Shown: positions 6,994-16,226 of the stretch, piece after piece
Layout: every line of letters starts with the position of its first letter
Numbering within the stretch: position 1 is the first letter of the stretch
NCBI RefSeq assembly: GCF_000091665.1
Contig: NC_000909.1
Span: forward strand, 653,581-685,580
Direction: 5' to 3'
Source: Methanocaldococcus jannaschii DSM 2661
Lineage (GTDB): Archaea; AGJL01; Methanococci; Methanococcales; Methanocaldococcaceae
DNA: 32,000 nucleotides
Notes under the pieces: model-generated
Seen by the model: only the letters and a program-made list of their open reading frames with translations
Told to the model about the DNA's origin: nothing
Database searches by the model: none
Position numbers and translations under genes: made by a program

Positions 6994-8868
6994 TTAGATT
7001 CCAAGTTTTTTCCTCTTCTCCATGATTGTTTGCTCCAATAAATCAGCTGCCTTGTATGGGTTTGGTTCTGGGATTAATTTACCCCCTGTTAAGCCCTCAA
7101 CTGCTTCAGTTAAAACCTTTGTTACTAACTCACTGCCAGTAACGAATGGAACTGGTGAAACATGGACAGTAAAGCCCATATCAACTGCGTAGGTTGCATC
7201 TGCCAATGCCTGCTCTTCCAACCACTGTGGTGCTGAGGCAGCAACTGGTAAATCTGGAATATCAACTCCCAACTCTTCAGCAATTGCAACTGCAACCTGC
7301 TCAATTCTTGCAATACTCAAACATGCTCCGAAGTTTAAGACTGGTGGGATTCCTAAGCTCTTACAGACTTCTTTTAAGTTCTCTCCAGCTAACTCAGCAC
7401 TTGCAGGGTCAAAGAGACCTGCGTGTTTCAATGGGCTGTTTACACAACCTCCTGCTAAGACTAAGATATCTCTTTTAATGAGCTCTTTTGTTAATGTGAC
7501 AATTATGTTGTCGTGTCCTCCACTTGCCAAGTTTGAACATCCAACGACTCCAACAACCCCTTTGATTTTACCACTTGCAATCAATTCAATTAATGGCTTG
7601 ACACTTCCTCCTAAGAACTCAACCAATGATTCCTCTCCAACTCCAACAACTGATTTAACTTTCTCATCGTAGTAATCCTTCTGCATTCCTTTTCTCTCTT
7701 TGAATGCCTCAATTGCTTTCTTAATTATCTCTCTTGCCTTTTCTTTAGCATTCTCTGGCTCCCATGGGATGTATTCAGCTCCCTCAACGTAAGCCATGTC
7801 ATCAATACAGATTAATTTTGTCTTAGTTTTTTCAGCGACAAATTTCAATCCGTGGAATGTACAGTTGAATTCAGAGACAACAGCATCAATTAAACCAGTT
7901 GCAACCAATGGCTCTGTTGTGAAGTTGTTTGCTATGTAACCAACGAAGCTTTCTGGTAAGTGGGCAATTCTTGTTTCCATATCTTGTCCGTTACATGTAG
8001 CTCCAATAATCTTAATCTCATCAGCTCCAGCTTCTTTTGCCATTTTTATTAAGTCTTCCTCCATTGCAGCCTCACATAATGGCTGGATTAAAGCGTGCTG
8101 GTGTCCAGTAATCATGATATTAACGTTGTTTGGCTTAACTGAACTGAATCCATTCTCAACTACTGTAATCTTTGGTGAACCAAATAAGATGTCGTTTAAC
8201 CAGCAAGTCATTAAAAGCCCTGTAAATCCTGCGTGCAATCCTAATCTAAGGCAGTGAACCAATAAGTCCATTGGATTGCTGTTTAAGTTTGTTGAAGTCT
8301 TTGTTAATGCATCAACAATCTCTCCCTTAGCCCCTCCTGGAAGGATATCTAACTTCTCAAATACTTCTAATCTCTTCTCTGGACAGAGTTTTGGAACTAA
8401 TTCACTCTTCTCCCATCTTGGTTTGTACATATCATCTAATATGAACTCAGCAACTTCAACAGCCAACTGCTTAGCATCTTTATTTGCATCAAAGCCAAGT
8501 TTTTTCGCTAAAAACTTTAATTTTTTCTCGTTTCTTATTTCATAGCTTCCTTCTCCTTTACCTGCTGATAATAAAGCTCTTGCAGCGTTTTCAGCACAAT
8601 GGACATAACATGATGTTCCAGCAGCAACCGCTCTGCAGAGGTTTCTTGCTACAATAACATCTGCTGTTGCTCCACAAACACCGTAAGGAGTTTTTTCTGT
8701 TATTCTACAAGGTCCATTAGCACATAATATGCAATAAACCCCTTTTAACCCGTAAGGACACTTTGGGAATTGATTTGGGAATCTTGTGTGAGGAGTTTCT
8801 ATACCCTTTAACTTTGCCTTTTCAACCATTTCCTTAACTTCTGGAATAGCAGCGATGCAGTTTTTCAT
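6994..8868 (-). CDS. cooS: Anaerobic Ni-dependent carbon monoxide dehydrogenase catalytic subunit
   Basis: N-terminal B/D-cluster Cys are present (CPYGLKGVYCILCANGPC, YGVCGAT). C-cluster ligand positions are recognisable (ITGHQH, GATCNG, EFNCTF, VGCSN, GGCVNS, FGACLS). The likely start is the ATG at 8868 after GGTGATAGGT. Confidence 0.9.
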   Translation of the reverse strand: MKNCIAAIPEVKEMVEKAKLKGIETPHTRFPNQFPKCPYGLKGVYCILCANGPCRITEKTPYGVCGATADVIVARNLCRAVAAGTSCYVHCAENAARALLSAGKGEGSYEIRNEKKLKFLAKKLGFDANKDAKQLAVEVAEFILDDMYKPRWEKSELVPKLCPEKRLEVFEKLDILPGGAKGEIVDALTKTSTNLNSNPMDLLVHCLRLGLHAGFTGLLMTCWLNDILFGSPKITVVENGFSSVKPNNVNIMITGHQHALIQPLCEAAMEEDLIKMAKEAGADEIKIIGATCNGQDMETRIAHLPESFVGYIANNFTTEPLVATGLIDAVVSEFNCTFHGLKFVAEKTKTKLICIDDMAYVEGAEYIPWEPENAKEKAREIIKKAIEAFKERKGMQKDYYDEKVKSVVGVGEESLVEFLGGSVKPLIELIASGKIKGVVGVVGCSNLASGGHDNIIVTLTKELIKRDILVLAGGCVNSPLKHAGLFDPASAELAGENLKEVCKSLGIPPVLNFGACLSIARIEQVAVAIAEELGVDIPDLPVAASAPQWLEEQALADATYAVDMGFTVHVSPVPFVTGSELVTKVLTEAVEGLTGGKLIPEPNPYKAADLLEQTIMEKRKKLGI

Positions 8869-8900
8869 ACCTATCACCAAACATATTTTTAACTTGTTTT

Positions 8901-8911
8901 ACGATAATCAT
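8901..8911. promoter_or_regulatory. ACGATAATCAT near-palindrome in the cooS / CBS-gene divergent spacer
   Basis: One mismatch from ACGATAATCGT. It abuts ATTAATATATT (8910-8920). Confidence 0.35.
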
Positions 8912-9087
8912 TAATATATTAACGAATAAATAACATTAACGGTTTGGAAATCGTCTTTAAGTTTTGCAATGAAAACGATATTCACATTAAAATAGAAGAT
9001 TTGAATTAATAAATTATAAAATACAATAGCAAAATTTTTGCATGAAAAAATAATTATAGAATTATTGAGCAGTAATATCAAACGGAG

Positions 9088-9462
9088 ATGATGATAATGA
9101 AAGTTAAAGAAGTTATGAACAAAGATTTTATAAAAATCTCCCCAAATGATATTGGAGGAGAAGTTGTTCAAACTCTCTACAAAGAAAAGAAAAATTATGC
9201 TCCAGTTATAGAAGATGGAAAATTAGTTGGATGGATTACTGCCTTAGATTTGCTTATAGGCTGTAAGCATTCAAAAATAGAGGATTTAATGTTACTTATT
9301 GATGAGATAAAGATTTTAAAAGAGAATGATGAAGTAACTGATGAATTAATAGATGAGATAATAAAAAACGAAGACATTGCCTACCCTGTTATTAATGATA
9401 GAGATGAGGTTGTTGGAACTTTAAGTGTGTTTGATTTGCTAAAATATTATAAAAATAGATAG
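9088..9462 (+). CDS. CBS-domain pair protein
   Basis: 124 aa with two CBS-like halves (VKEVMNKDFIKISPND...; DIAYPVINDRDEVVGTLSVFDLL). The start is ambiguous among the ATGs at 9088, 9091 and 9097. Confidence 0.7.
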   Translation: MMIMKVKEVMNKDFIKISPNDIGGEVVQTLYKEKKNYAPVIEDGKLVGWITALDLLIGCKHSKIEDLMLLIDEIKILKENDEVTDELIDEIIKNEDIAYPVINDRDEVVGTLSVFDLLKYYKNR

Positions 9463-9463
9463 C

Positions 9464-10024
9464 TTATTGCTGTTTTTTCACCTCTATGTGCTTTAAAATA
9501 ACCTTCTCTATATCTTCTGGTTTATCTAAAACCTCAATTCCCTCCATTCTTCTAAGTCTCTCAACATTTTCAACATCAACATCTCTCATATATAGGGTTA
9601 ATTTCTTATTCCCTGGCAGAATTGTCTCTACAGTTCCTTTTTTGTTATCTGGTGGAAAGATATAAACTGGTACTTTTGCCTTCATTGCTTGAGCAACTGA
9701 ATTAGTTATTAAAGTATCGGCAATACCATAAGCTATTTTTGCAGTTGTGTTTGCCGTTGCTGGAGCTACTAAAAACAAATCATATTTTCCAGTTTGCAAC
9801 TTCCCAACTAAGAATGGAGCGTTTGCATTAACCTCAACCCTTAAATCATAAAACTCATCCTCCAAAACCTGCCAGAGTTTATACCACTTTACAACAATCT
9901 TTGCATTTTTTGAGAGATAGATATCTACATCCAAATTATATTTATTTTTTAGCTTTTTCATTATTTCAACAACTTCTGGCAGTTTATCTCCACATCCGGT
10001 TATTCCCCATGCAATTTTTAGCAT
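9464..10024 (-). CDS. FMN flavoprotein of the HFCD / archaeoflavoprotein-like family
   Basis: Shows the WGITGCGD...PATANTTAKIAYGIADTLITN pattern typical of the Flavoprotein (PF02441-like) fold. Confidence 0.65.
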   Translation of the reverse strand: MLKIAWGITGCGDKLPEVVEIMKKLKNKYNLDVDIYLSKNAKIVVKWYKLWQVLEDEFYDLRVEVNANAPFLVGKLQTGKYDLFLVAPATANTTAKIAYGIADTLITNSVAQAMKAKVPVYIFPPDNKKGTVETILPGNKKLTLYMRDVDVENVERLRRMEGIEVLDKPEDIEKVILKHIEVKKQQ

Positions 10025-10035
10025 ACTACCCCTCT

Positions 10036-10632
10036 TTATAACCCCCTCTTTTCTTTTAAAACCTCATAAAATCTATTAAGTGTCTTTCTTAAAACTCTCA
10101 ATCCCTCCTCATCCTCCTCAACTCCTTTCTTCCCTCTATCCTTAGACCAAAATGTAGCCCCTAAATTAGCTCCAAAAGAACCCCCTCCCACAGGAATCAT
10201 TTCATTTATTATAAAAAAGTCATGAATAGTTCTTAAAGCAATCTCCTGCCCCCCATTTCTATCTCCACCAACAGCAATAGCCATTCCAACTCTACCCCTC
10301 AAAACCTTTGGATTTTTTGCCAGTATAGCTCTGCATCTATCCATCAATGTCTTTAGCTGCCCTGTTACATTCCCCTGATAAACTGGAGTTCCTATTATCA
10401 CTCCATCAGCCCAAATAAGGTTTTCATAAACCTCTTCCATATCATCCTTATGTATGCATCCCTCTTTTTTCTTTATACAGTAATCACAGTGAAGACAGAA
10501 GTTTATCTTCTTTCTACTAACTGAAAAATATCTCACCTCTGCCCCTTTCTCTTTCAAATAATTTAAAGCATAATTTACTGCAAAATGAGTCCCTTGCAAT
10601 CTTGGACTTCCACTTATCCCAAAGACTTTCAT
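10036..10632 (-). CDS. Iron-sulfur flavoprotein (ISF; NADPH-dependent FMN reductase fold with a compact Cys cluster)
   Basis: GSPR...CLHCDYCIKKKEGC is a compact Cys motif within a flavodoxin-like fold, as in methanogen ISF. Confidence 0.75.
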   Translation of the reverse strand: MKVFGISGSPRLQGTHFAVNYALNYLKEKGAEVRYFSVSRKKINFCLHCDYCIKKKEGCIHKDDMEEVYENLIWADGVIIGTPVYQGNVTGQLKTLMDRCRAILAKNPKVLRGRVGMAIAVGGDRNGGQEIALRTIHDFFIINEMIPVGGGSFGANLGATFWSKDRGKKGVEEDEEGLRVLRKTLNRFYEVLKEKRGL

Positions 10633-10676
10633 TATTCCACCTTAAAAAAATAAAATTTAAATAATAAAAATATATA

Positions 10677-11849
10677 TCAGAAGCCAATATCTGCTAATCT
10701 TTTACCAAATTCATAACATTTTTTTAGATGTTCCTCTTTTGGAGCAAATCTTACTGTTAAACATTCATCATCAACTATCTTAAAGCCCAGGTTTTTGAAT
10801 ATCTCTTTAATTTTTTCAGTTGCGCATTCCATCCAACCATAAGAACCAAAGGCAACACCGATCTTGTCGAGTGGTCTAATGCAATCCATGTATGCAAGGA
10901 ACTTACCAACTTCTGGGTAGAGATTTCTATTTACAGTTGGTGAGCCAACTAAAACATACTTTGCATCTAAGATTTCTGTCATTATTCTACTTAGAGAGGT
11001 TTCACAAACTCTATAAATTTTTACTTCTACTCCTTTCTCCATTAAACCTTCAGCAATCGCATGAGCCATTTTTTTGGTCGAGTTATACATTGTATCATAG
11101 ACAATAACTGCCTTATTCTTTGTTTTGTTCATTGCCCATTCGTTATATTTTTCAATTATTTCGTTTATGTATTCCTTCCAAATTACTCCATGAGAAGGGC
11201 AAATAAGCTCAATATCTAAGTTTTTAACGGCTTTTATTGCATCAGGAATAAGCATTTTATAGGGCATCAATATATTAGCGAAATAATCCTTTGCATGTTC
11301 AAAAATTCCTTCTCCTATCTCGTAATCAAATCTCTCAGAACTTGCTATATGCTGTCCAAATGCATCGTTTGAGAATAAAATTTTCTCTTCTTTACAGTAA
11401 GTTAGCATATTATCTGGCCAGTGGAGCATTGGAGTTCTTATGAACTTTAGAGTTCTGTCTCCTATGTTTATCTCATCTCCAGTATCTACAATGATAAAAT
11501 CCCAATCTTTTGTATCGTAGTAGAGAGATAAATGCTCCTTTCCCTTTTCATTAGTTATTATTGTGGCATTGCTGATCTCAACCAATTTATCAACACAACC
11601 ACTGTGGTCTTTTTCTACGTGATTAACTATAATATAATCGAGATCTTTGGGATCTATAAATTTTGATATGCCATAAATAAGTTCATTGAACATGTAATCC
11701 TTTGCAGTGTCTATTAAAACATTTTTCTTATCTTTTATCAAATAAGAGTTATAGGTTGATCCGTAGGGAGTTCCATAGCCATGAAAATCTCTAATTTCCC
11801 AATCAATCACTCCAACCCAGTATATTCCATTTTTTATTTCTAATACCAT
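10677..11849 (-). CDS. fprA: Flavodiiron protein (FprA-type; metallo-beta-lactamase-like plus flavodoxin domains)
   Basis: Contains the HVEKDHSG diiron motif, [13 protein letters not shown] and a C-terminal flavodoxin domain. The likely start is the ATG at 11849 after GGTGATCTTA. Confidence 0.85.
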   Translation of the reverse strand: MVLEIKNGIYWVGVIDWEIRDFHGYGTPYGSTYNSYLIKDKKNVLIDTAKDYMFNELIYGISKFIDPKDLDYIIVNHVEKDHSGCVDKLVEISNATIITNEKGKEHLSLYYDTKDWDFIIVDTGDEINIGDRTLKFIRTPMLHWPDNMLTYCKEEKILFSNDAFGQHIASSERFDYEIGEGIFEHAKDYFANILMPYKMLIPDAIKAVKNLDIELICPSHGVIWKEYINEIIEKYNEWAMNKTKNKAVIVYDTMYNSTKKMAHAIAEGLMEKGVEVKIYRVCETSLSRIMTEILDAKYVLVGSPTVNRNLYPEVGKFLAYMDCIRPLDKIGVAFGSYGWMECATEKIKEIFKNLGFKIVDDECLTVRFAPKEEHLKKCYEFGKRLADIGF

Positions 11850-11936
11850 TAAGATCACCTTTTGAGTAGTGGTAAATAATATAAAAATAAATATAGAATA
11901 AATATAGATAGGATAAATATAAAAACAGATTAGTAA

Positions 11937-12287
11937 TTAGAGCTCAATTATTCTATATCCACCATCTAAATATTTCTTTAAGCTTACATGTCCAAATAAA
12001 TCATTTTCTAATTTTAATTTGCCTTTAATTTCTTCTTTAACATTAAACATACTTGCACATGCTTCACATACAACAAAATCATCTTTTACTTTTTCAAAGT
12101 GGCTTTTTAATGGATGATTTTCACTTAACAGATCTTTTGCCCATAAAACTGCTTCTCCTTCCAATATAATCTTTACTTCATCTCCCTTTTCTTTTAATTC
12201 ATTTGCAAATAGTAATGTATGCATCATAACGGGCATATTTGGCTGATTTTTGTGAAAGTAAGAAAATATTAAGAAGGCAACTTTCAT
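11937..12287 (-). CDS. DsrE/DsrF-like small protein
   Basis: Shows the MKVAFLIF...VKIILEGEAV...VVCEACASMF pattern of the DsrE-like fold. The likely start is the ATG at 12287 after GAGGTGGGGG. Confidence 0.45.
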   Translation of the reverse strand: MKVAFLIFSYFHKNQPNMPVMMHTLLFANELKEKGDEVKIILEGEAVLWAKDLLSENHPLKSHFEKVKDDFVVCEACASMFNVKEEIKGKLKLENDLFGHVSLKKYLDGGYRIIEL

Positions 12288-12337
12288 AAACCCCCACCTC
12301 ATTTATAATTTGTTTTAATTGATTAAATTAATTAAAT

Positions 12338-12925
12338 TTAATATTTTTCACATTTAACTTCAAAGTATTTCCTTGGATGACTGCAAGAAGGACACTTCTC
12401 TGGTGGTTCTTTTCCAAGATGAACAAAACCGCATTTTCTACAAACCCATTCAACTGGTTTATCTTTTTTAAATACCGTTCCTTCTTCAACTTCCTTTAGC
12501 AGTTTTTTAAACCTCTCTTCATGATGCTTTTCAGCTATCCCTATAGCTCTCAACCTATCTGCAATCTCTTTAAGTCCTTCTTTTTCAGCAATGTCAGCAA
12601 ACTTTGGATACATCTCTGTGTGCTCAAAATGCTCTCCTTCAATCGATGCTTTTAAGTTTTCAGCAGTATTTCCTAAAACAATTGGAACTTCTACACCATC
12701 AACTTTTATAGCTTTATCATCAATGTTATATTTCTTTTTTAGTTCGGTTATTAAGTAATAAAGCCACTTGGCATGCTCTCTCTCATTTTCAGCAGTTAAT
12801 AAAAATATCTCAGCTATCTGCTCATATCCCTCTTGTTTTGCAATCTTTGCATAACAGGTATATCTATTCCTTGCTAAACTCTCTCCTATATATGCTTTTG
12901 TTAAGTTTTTTAGTGTCTCTTTCAT
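12338..12925 (-). CDS. Rubrerythrin (diiron ferritin-like domain plus C-terminal rubredoxin-like domain)
   Basis: Contains ExxH diiron motifs (ENEREHAKW, EGEHFEH, EKHHEERF) and a C-terminal CRKCG...CPSC. The likely start is the ATG at 12925. Confidence 0.85.
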   Translation of the reverse strand: MKETLKNLTKAYIGESLARNRYTCYAKIAKQEGYEQIAEIFLLTAENEREHAKWLYYLITELKKKYNIDDKAIKVDGVEVPIVLGNTAENLKASIEGEHFEHTEMYPKFADIAEKEGLKEIADRLRAIGIAEKHHEERFKKLLKEVEEGTVFKKDKPVEWVCRKCGFVHLGKEPPEKCPSCSHPRKYFEVKCEKY

Positions 12926-12991
12926 ATTTATCACAAAAAAGTTGTTAATCAATAATAATGAAATGTTAAATATGTTGAATAAAATTTTTAA

Positions 12992-13234
12992 TTATTCATC
13001 AAACTCTACCCACTCATCTAACGGCTCGAATGATTCTTTTCCTACTTTACCTCTACAAACTGGGCATATCCATGTATCTGGGAGTTCCTCAAAAGGTGTT
13101 TTTGGAGGTATATTTTGACTTGGATCTCCTTTTAGAGGGTCATAAACCCATCCACATACTTTGCACTTGTATTTTCTATATCTTGGTTTTTCACAACTTC
13201 CGTCCAATTTACAGGCAATCTTTAATTCTACCAT
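12992..13234 (-). CDS. Rubredoxin-domain protein with an N-terminal Cys-containing extension
   Basis: [12 protein letters not shown]...[16 protein letters not shown] is a rubredoxin core. GAGGTGGAAAT precedes the ATG. Confidence 0.8.
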   Translation of the reverse strand: MVELKIACKLDGSCEKPRYRKYKCKVCGWVYDPLKGDPSQNIPPKTPFEELPDTWICPVCRGKVGKESFEPLDEWVEFDE

Positions 13235-13323
13235 ATTTCCACCTCAAAAAACAATTACAATTAATTAAAAAGATTTAGAAATTTATAATATGTGTTAAAT
13301 ATATAGTAATTTCATTGAAAGTT

Positions 13324-13992
13324 TTAATCTAACTTTTTATAACAGAACCACCAATCTAAGCACTCAATCTCCCCTTTCTCACATGCCTCTTTTCTTTGCT
13401 TTATCTCCTCCACTGATGATGCAGGAGGTATAATAACTTTATCTCCAATTAAATCATTTTCAGGCCAATTCGCTGGCATAGCCACTCCTTTTTCATCTGA
13501 AACTTGGAGAGCTTTAACTAATCTAACGATCTCATCCAAGTTTCTACCAACTTCTTGCGGATAGTAGATGATAGCCCTAATTATCCCTTTATTATCTACA
13601 ACAAACACAGCCCTAACTGTATTGTTTCCTTTGTATGGGCTTATCATTCCCAATTTCTCTGCTAACTCTCCTCTATCATCCGCTATAATTGGAAACTCAA
13701 TTTCTACATTCAATTTTTCTTTTATCCACTCGACCCATTTTAAGTGGCTAAAAACTTGATCTATACTTAATCCAATCAACTCAGTATTTAGTTTCCTAAA
13801 TTCATCGTATCTCTTTTGAAATCCTACGAACTCTGTTGTGCAAACCGGAGTAAAGTCAGCAGGATGGCTGAATAAAACAAACCACTTTCCTTTCTCTACA
13901 TAATAATCTGGTAATTTAATAGCTCCATGGGTTGTTTTAACCTCTACTTCTGGGAATTTCTCACCAATAACTGGCATTTTTCCTTCACACAT
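13324..13992 (-). CDS. Peroxiredoxin (archaeal Prx6/1-Cys-like thiol peroxidase)
   Basis: Contains the [15 protein letters not shown] peroxidatic Cys motif and a C-terminal [14 protein letters not shown] tail, as in archaeal Prx. Confidence 0.9.
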   Translation of the reverse strand: MCEGKMPVIGEKFPEVEVKTTHGAIKLPDYYVEKGKWFVLFSHPADFTPVCTTEFVGFQKRYDEFRKLNTELIGLSIDQVFSHLKWVEWIKEKLNVEIEFPIIADDRGELAEKLGMISPYKGNNTVRAVFVVDNKGIIRAIIYYPQEVGRNLDEIVRLVKALQVSDEKGVAMPANWPENDLIGDKVIIPPASSVEEIKQRKEACEKGEIECLDWWFCYKKLD

Positions 13993-14067
13993 TTTTCTCC
14001 CCTCCTTTTTATTTTATCTTTTGTTTATTTAAGTTTTATTGGTTTTTATTTTATATTTGCTTTTCTT

Positions 14068-14253
14068 TTACATTTTGCTTTCTTGATTTGGAGTCCTTGC
14101 CACTAATTTTGGGTCATATCCTTTAAACCCACATTCGGGAGTGTAGCAAGAAACATCATAGAACGTACATTTTTCCCCACAATTTGGACATCTTTCTGGA
14201 GGTTTCTCTGCCTCAAACACATAGCCGCAATTTGAGCATTTCCACCAAGGCAT
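14068..14253 (-). CDS. Small rubredoxin-like / zinc-ribbon protein
   Basis: 61 aa with [10 protein letters not shown]...ERCPNCG plus three further Cys. GGTGAGACA precedes the ATG. Confidence 0.55.
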
Positions 14254-14292
14254 TGTCTCACCAAAAAGTTTAATTAAAATAATTTTATTATT

Positions 14293-14562
14293 TTATTGCT
14301 TTATTGGACATTTATTTGCTAATTTCATTGCCAAATCCTCTGGATCTTTTATTGGAAAATCATTGTCAGTTAGCAATTTAACCAATTCTGCTGCTTCAAT
14401 TTCCCCACATGGAAGTGAAATCCCACAAGGCAATGCCTCTGCCAACTCAACCTTATTTTTTATTGGAAAAACGTCCTTATCTTTAAAATATTCTACTAAT
14501 CTTAGTTTAAACTCCTGGATGTCTCTTAATGCTTCATATAATGGATGGTTTGTTGTTATCAT
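14293..14562 (-). CDS. Small conserved hypothetical protein (possibly MTH865-like)
   Basis: 89 aa with the ATG at 14562 after GGTGATTATT. The family assignment is from memory only. Confidence 0.4.
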   Translation of the reverse strand: MITTNHPLYEALRDIQEFKLRLVEYFKDKDVFPIKNKVELAEALPCGISLPCGEIEAAELVKLLTDNDFPIKDPEDLAMKLANKCPIKQ

Positions 14563-14590
14563 CAATAATCACCTTTAATAAACTGACTTT

Positions 14591-15046
14591 TTAGTTATGG
14601 AGAGGTTTAGCAATAAATACACAAGCATCATAACCTTGTGCTTGGCAATACATCTCTTTAACGAAATATTTTTTATTTTTTATTGATTCTAAGAACCCAG
14701 CAATCAGTCCTGCTTCAAAATCACACATTGGTTCTTCTGACTTTTGAGTTCTACAAAATATACAGTCCTTTACTTTTATCTCCACTTCTCCGTTATCTTT
14801 TTCTTTAATCTCAATATAACCAATATTATTGGCCTCAAAAAACTTCTTAATATCTTCATAACTTTTTGGAGACACTAATCTTCCAACTTCATAACCAATT
14901 TCATACAGGGTTGTGTCTGATCCAAGGTCTTTAACCTTCTGCATATATGCGTATATTATAATTGCAAGTAAATCTGAGGGAATTTCTCTACTTTTAAATT
15001 TGTATTCTTCTGGATTGTAATTTACAACATCTTTAACCGAGATCAT
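14591..15046 (-). CDS. V4R-domain protein (paralog 1)
   Basis: YEIGYEVGR...[26 protein letters not shown]...[11 protein letters not shown] shows the V4R-type Cys pattern. It is a clear paralog of 18091-18627. Confidence 0.6.
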
Positions 15047-15117
15047 TAATCACACCTTTACATGAACTATTTACATACTTACATATAGACATATACTTCA
15101 CATCGCGTTTTATTTAA

Positions 15118-15276
15118 TTAATCGATTTTTCTGAAAGCGTTTTTTCCTAATCCGCACTGAGGACATCTAAAAGTATCTGGAAGATCTTCAAATTTTGTTC
15201 CTGGTGGGATGTTTTGTGACGGCTCACCTTTGTCTTCATCATACACCCATCCACACATGCATTGATACCTTGCCAT
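15118..15276 (-). CDS. Rubredoxin (52 aa; below the ORF-track size cutoff)
   Basis: Reverse translation gives [52 protein letters not shown]-stop. It has the canonical CxxCG...CPxCG motifs. GGTGATAGAA precedes the ATG at 15276. Confidence 0.85.
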   Translation of the reverse strand: MARYQCMCGWVYDEDKGEPSQNIPPGTKFEDLPDTFRCPQCGLGKNAFRKID

Positions 15277-15345
15277 TTCTATCACCTTTGTGCTATTTTT
15301 GTCATTATTTATCTTAGTCAGTTAGAGGTATATATCATTAATCAC

Positions 15346-15356
15346 TTAAATTTCGC
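15346..15356. promoter_or_regulatory. Degenerate palindrome TTAAATTTCGC, 4 bp from ATTAAT/TATA of the rubredoxin promoter
   Basis: It occupies the same position and spacing as the perfect sites at 19340-19348 and 19936-19944. Confidence 0.4.
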
Positions 15357-15376
15357 ATAATATAATGAAATTAAAG

Positions 15377-15387
15377 ACGATTATCGT
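15377..15387. promoter_or_regulatory. Perfect 11-nt palindrome ACGATTATCGT upstream of the rubredoxin gene
   Basis: A CG-containing palindrome in an AT-rich spacer, about 100 bp upstream of the ATG at 15276. Confidence 0.55.
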
Positions 15388-15456
15388 ATTTGTGATTTTT
15401 TATATGCAAGTTATTAGTTTTTAGTTTATTATTTTTTACTTTATAAAAATGGGATT

Positions 15457-15807
15457 TTATTCAAGCAGAATCTCTTTTTCGTATTCCCAGACCCCGTGAA
15501 GATTGCATCTCATTAATGCCCTTAATATAAATTTCTCATGTTCTTTTGACGGGGCTTTTACCATTAACTTAACCTCTGGTTTCATAAATTGGGTAAAATC
15601 AACTCTTGCTAAATAAAGATCTCCCATATATAACTCGATCCAATGTATAAAGTGATTATCTTCCATAGGATGTGGAATTCCAGTTGAAATTTTTACTTCA
15701 AAATAATCGTTTGCTTTAACTCTGTCTTTACACTCAATAAATGGAGTATGTTTCTTTTCAAAATCAGTTCCTTCTTTCATTCGGTTTATTCCGCAGTAGT
15801 GTGTCAT
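15457..15807 (-). CDS. Superoxide reductase (neelaredoxin / 1Fe-SOR type)
   Basis: Contains the KHTPFI, IPHPMEDNHFIHWIE and CNLHGVWE ligand motifs. Confidence 0.85.
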   Translation of the reverse strand: MTHYCGINRMKEGTDFEKKHTPFIECKDRVKANDYFEVKISTGIPHPMEDNHFIHWIELYMGDLYLARVDFTQFMKPEVKLMVKAPSKEHEKFILRALMRCNLHGVWEYEKEILLE

Positions 15808-15911
15808 ATTGTCCCCACGATTTTTCGTTATACATAGTAATCAAACTAAGTTAAGTAGAGTATAAGGGTATGAAATAAATTAAATTAATAAATAAAAGAT
15901 TATCTATAAGT

Positions 15912-16226
15912 TTAGAGTTTTTCTAATATCTTCATTGCTTTTGTGAAAGCAGGCATTCCACTTGTTAATAAAACAACTCTCAAAACATCTGCAATCTCTT
16001 CTTTTGTAATTCCGAGTTCTTTCATTGCACTTTTCATCTGTTTTTCTATCGCTACCTCATCACATCTTGATGCAACAATTCCTATTGCAATCAATTTCTG
16101 AGTTTTATAATCCAGTGTTTTTCCAGTAAAGACAGTGTCATTTAATTTCACTATAATGTCATAGAGATCTGGGTATTTCTCCTTAACTACTTTCATTCCC
16201 TCCCCAAAAAATACTTCATTCTTCAT
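15912..16226 (-). CDS. Carboxymuconolactone decarboxylase (CMD / AhpD-like fold) family protein
   Basis: Shows the CMD-family helix pattern (QKLIAIGIVASRCDEVAIEKQMKSAMKELGITKEEIADVL). It has only one Cys where AhpD has CxxC. Confidence 0.65.
   Translation of the reverse strand: MKNEVFFGEGMKVVKEKYPDLYDIIVKLNDTVFTGKTLDYKTQKLIAIGIVASRCDEVAIEKQMKSAMKELGITKEEIADVLRVVLLTSGMPAFTKAMKILEKL

Noticed and set aside
4364-8545. Track ORFs antisense to the frhB-, frhG- and cooS-like genes (4364-4630+, 5312-5509+, 7125-7313-, 7194-7478+, 7478-7672+, 8276-8545+)
   Set aside because: All overlap strongly supported genes, have biased S/L/F/T composition typical of antisense frames, and lack ribosome-binding sites.
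8911-9171. 86-aa ORF on the minus strand across the cooS/CBS spacer
   Set aside because: It is an AT-rich low-complexity translation (N/I/F/Y runs) spanning a promoter region and the 5' end of the CBS gene. There is no ribosome-binding site.
15058-15084. Three TTACAT repeats (ATGTAA start-stop mini-ORFs on the sense strand) between rubredoxin and V4R paralog 1
   Set aside because: They are more simply explained as a degenerate TACATA tandem repeat in an AT-rich spacer. None has a ribosome-binding site and there is no independent evidence of function.
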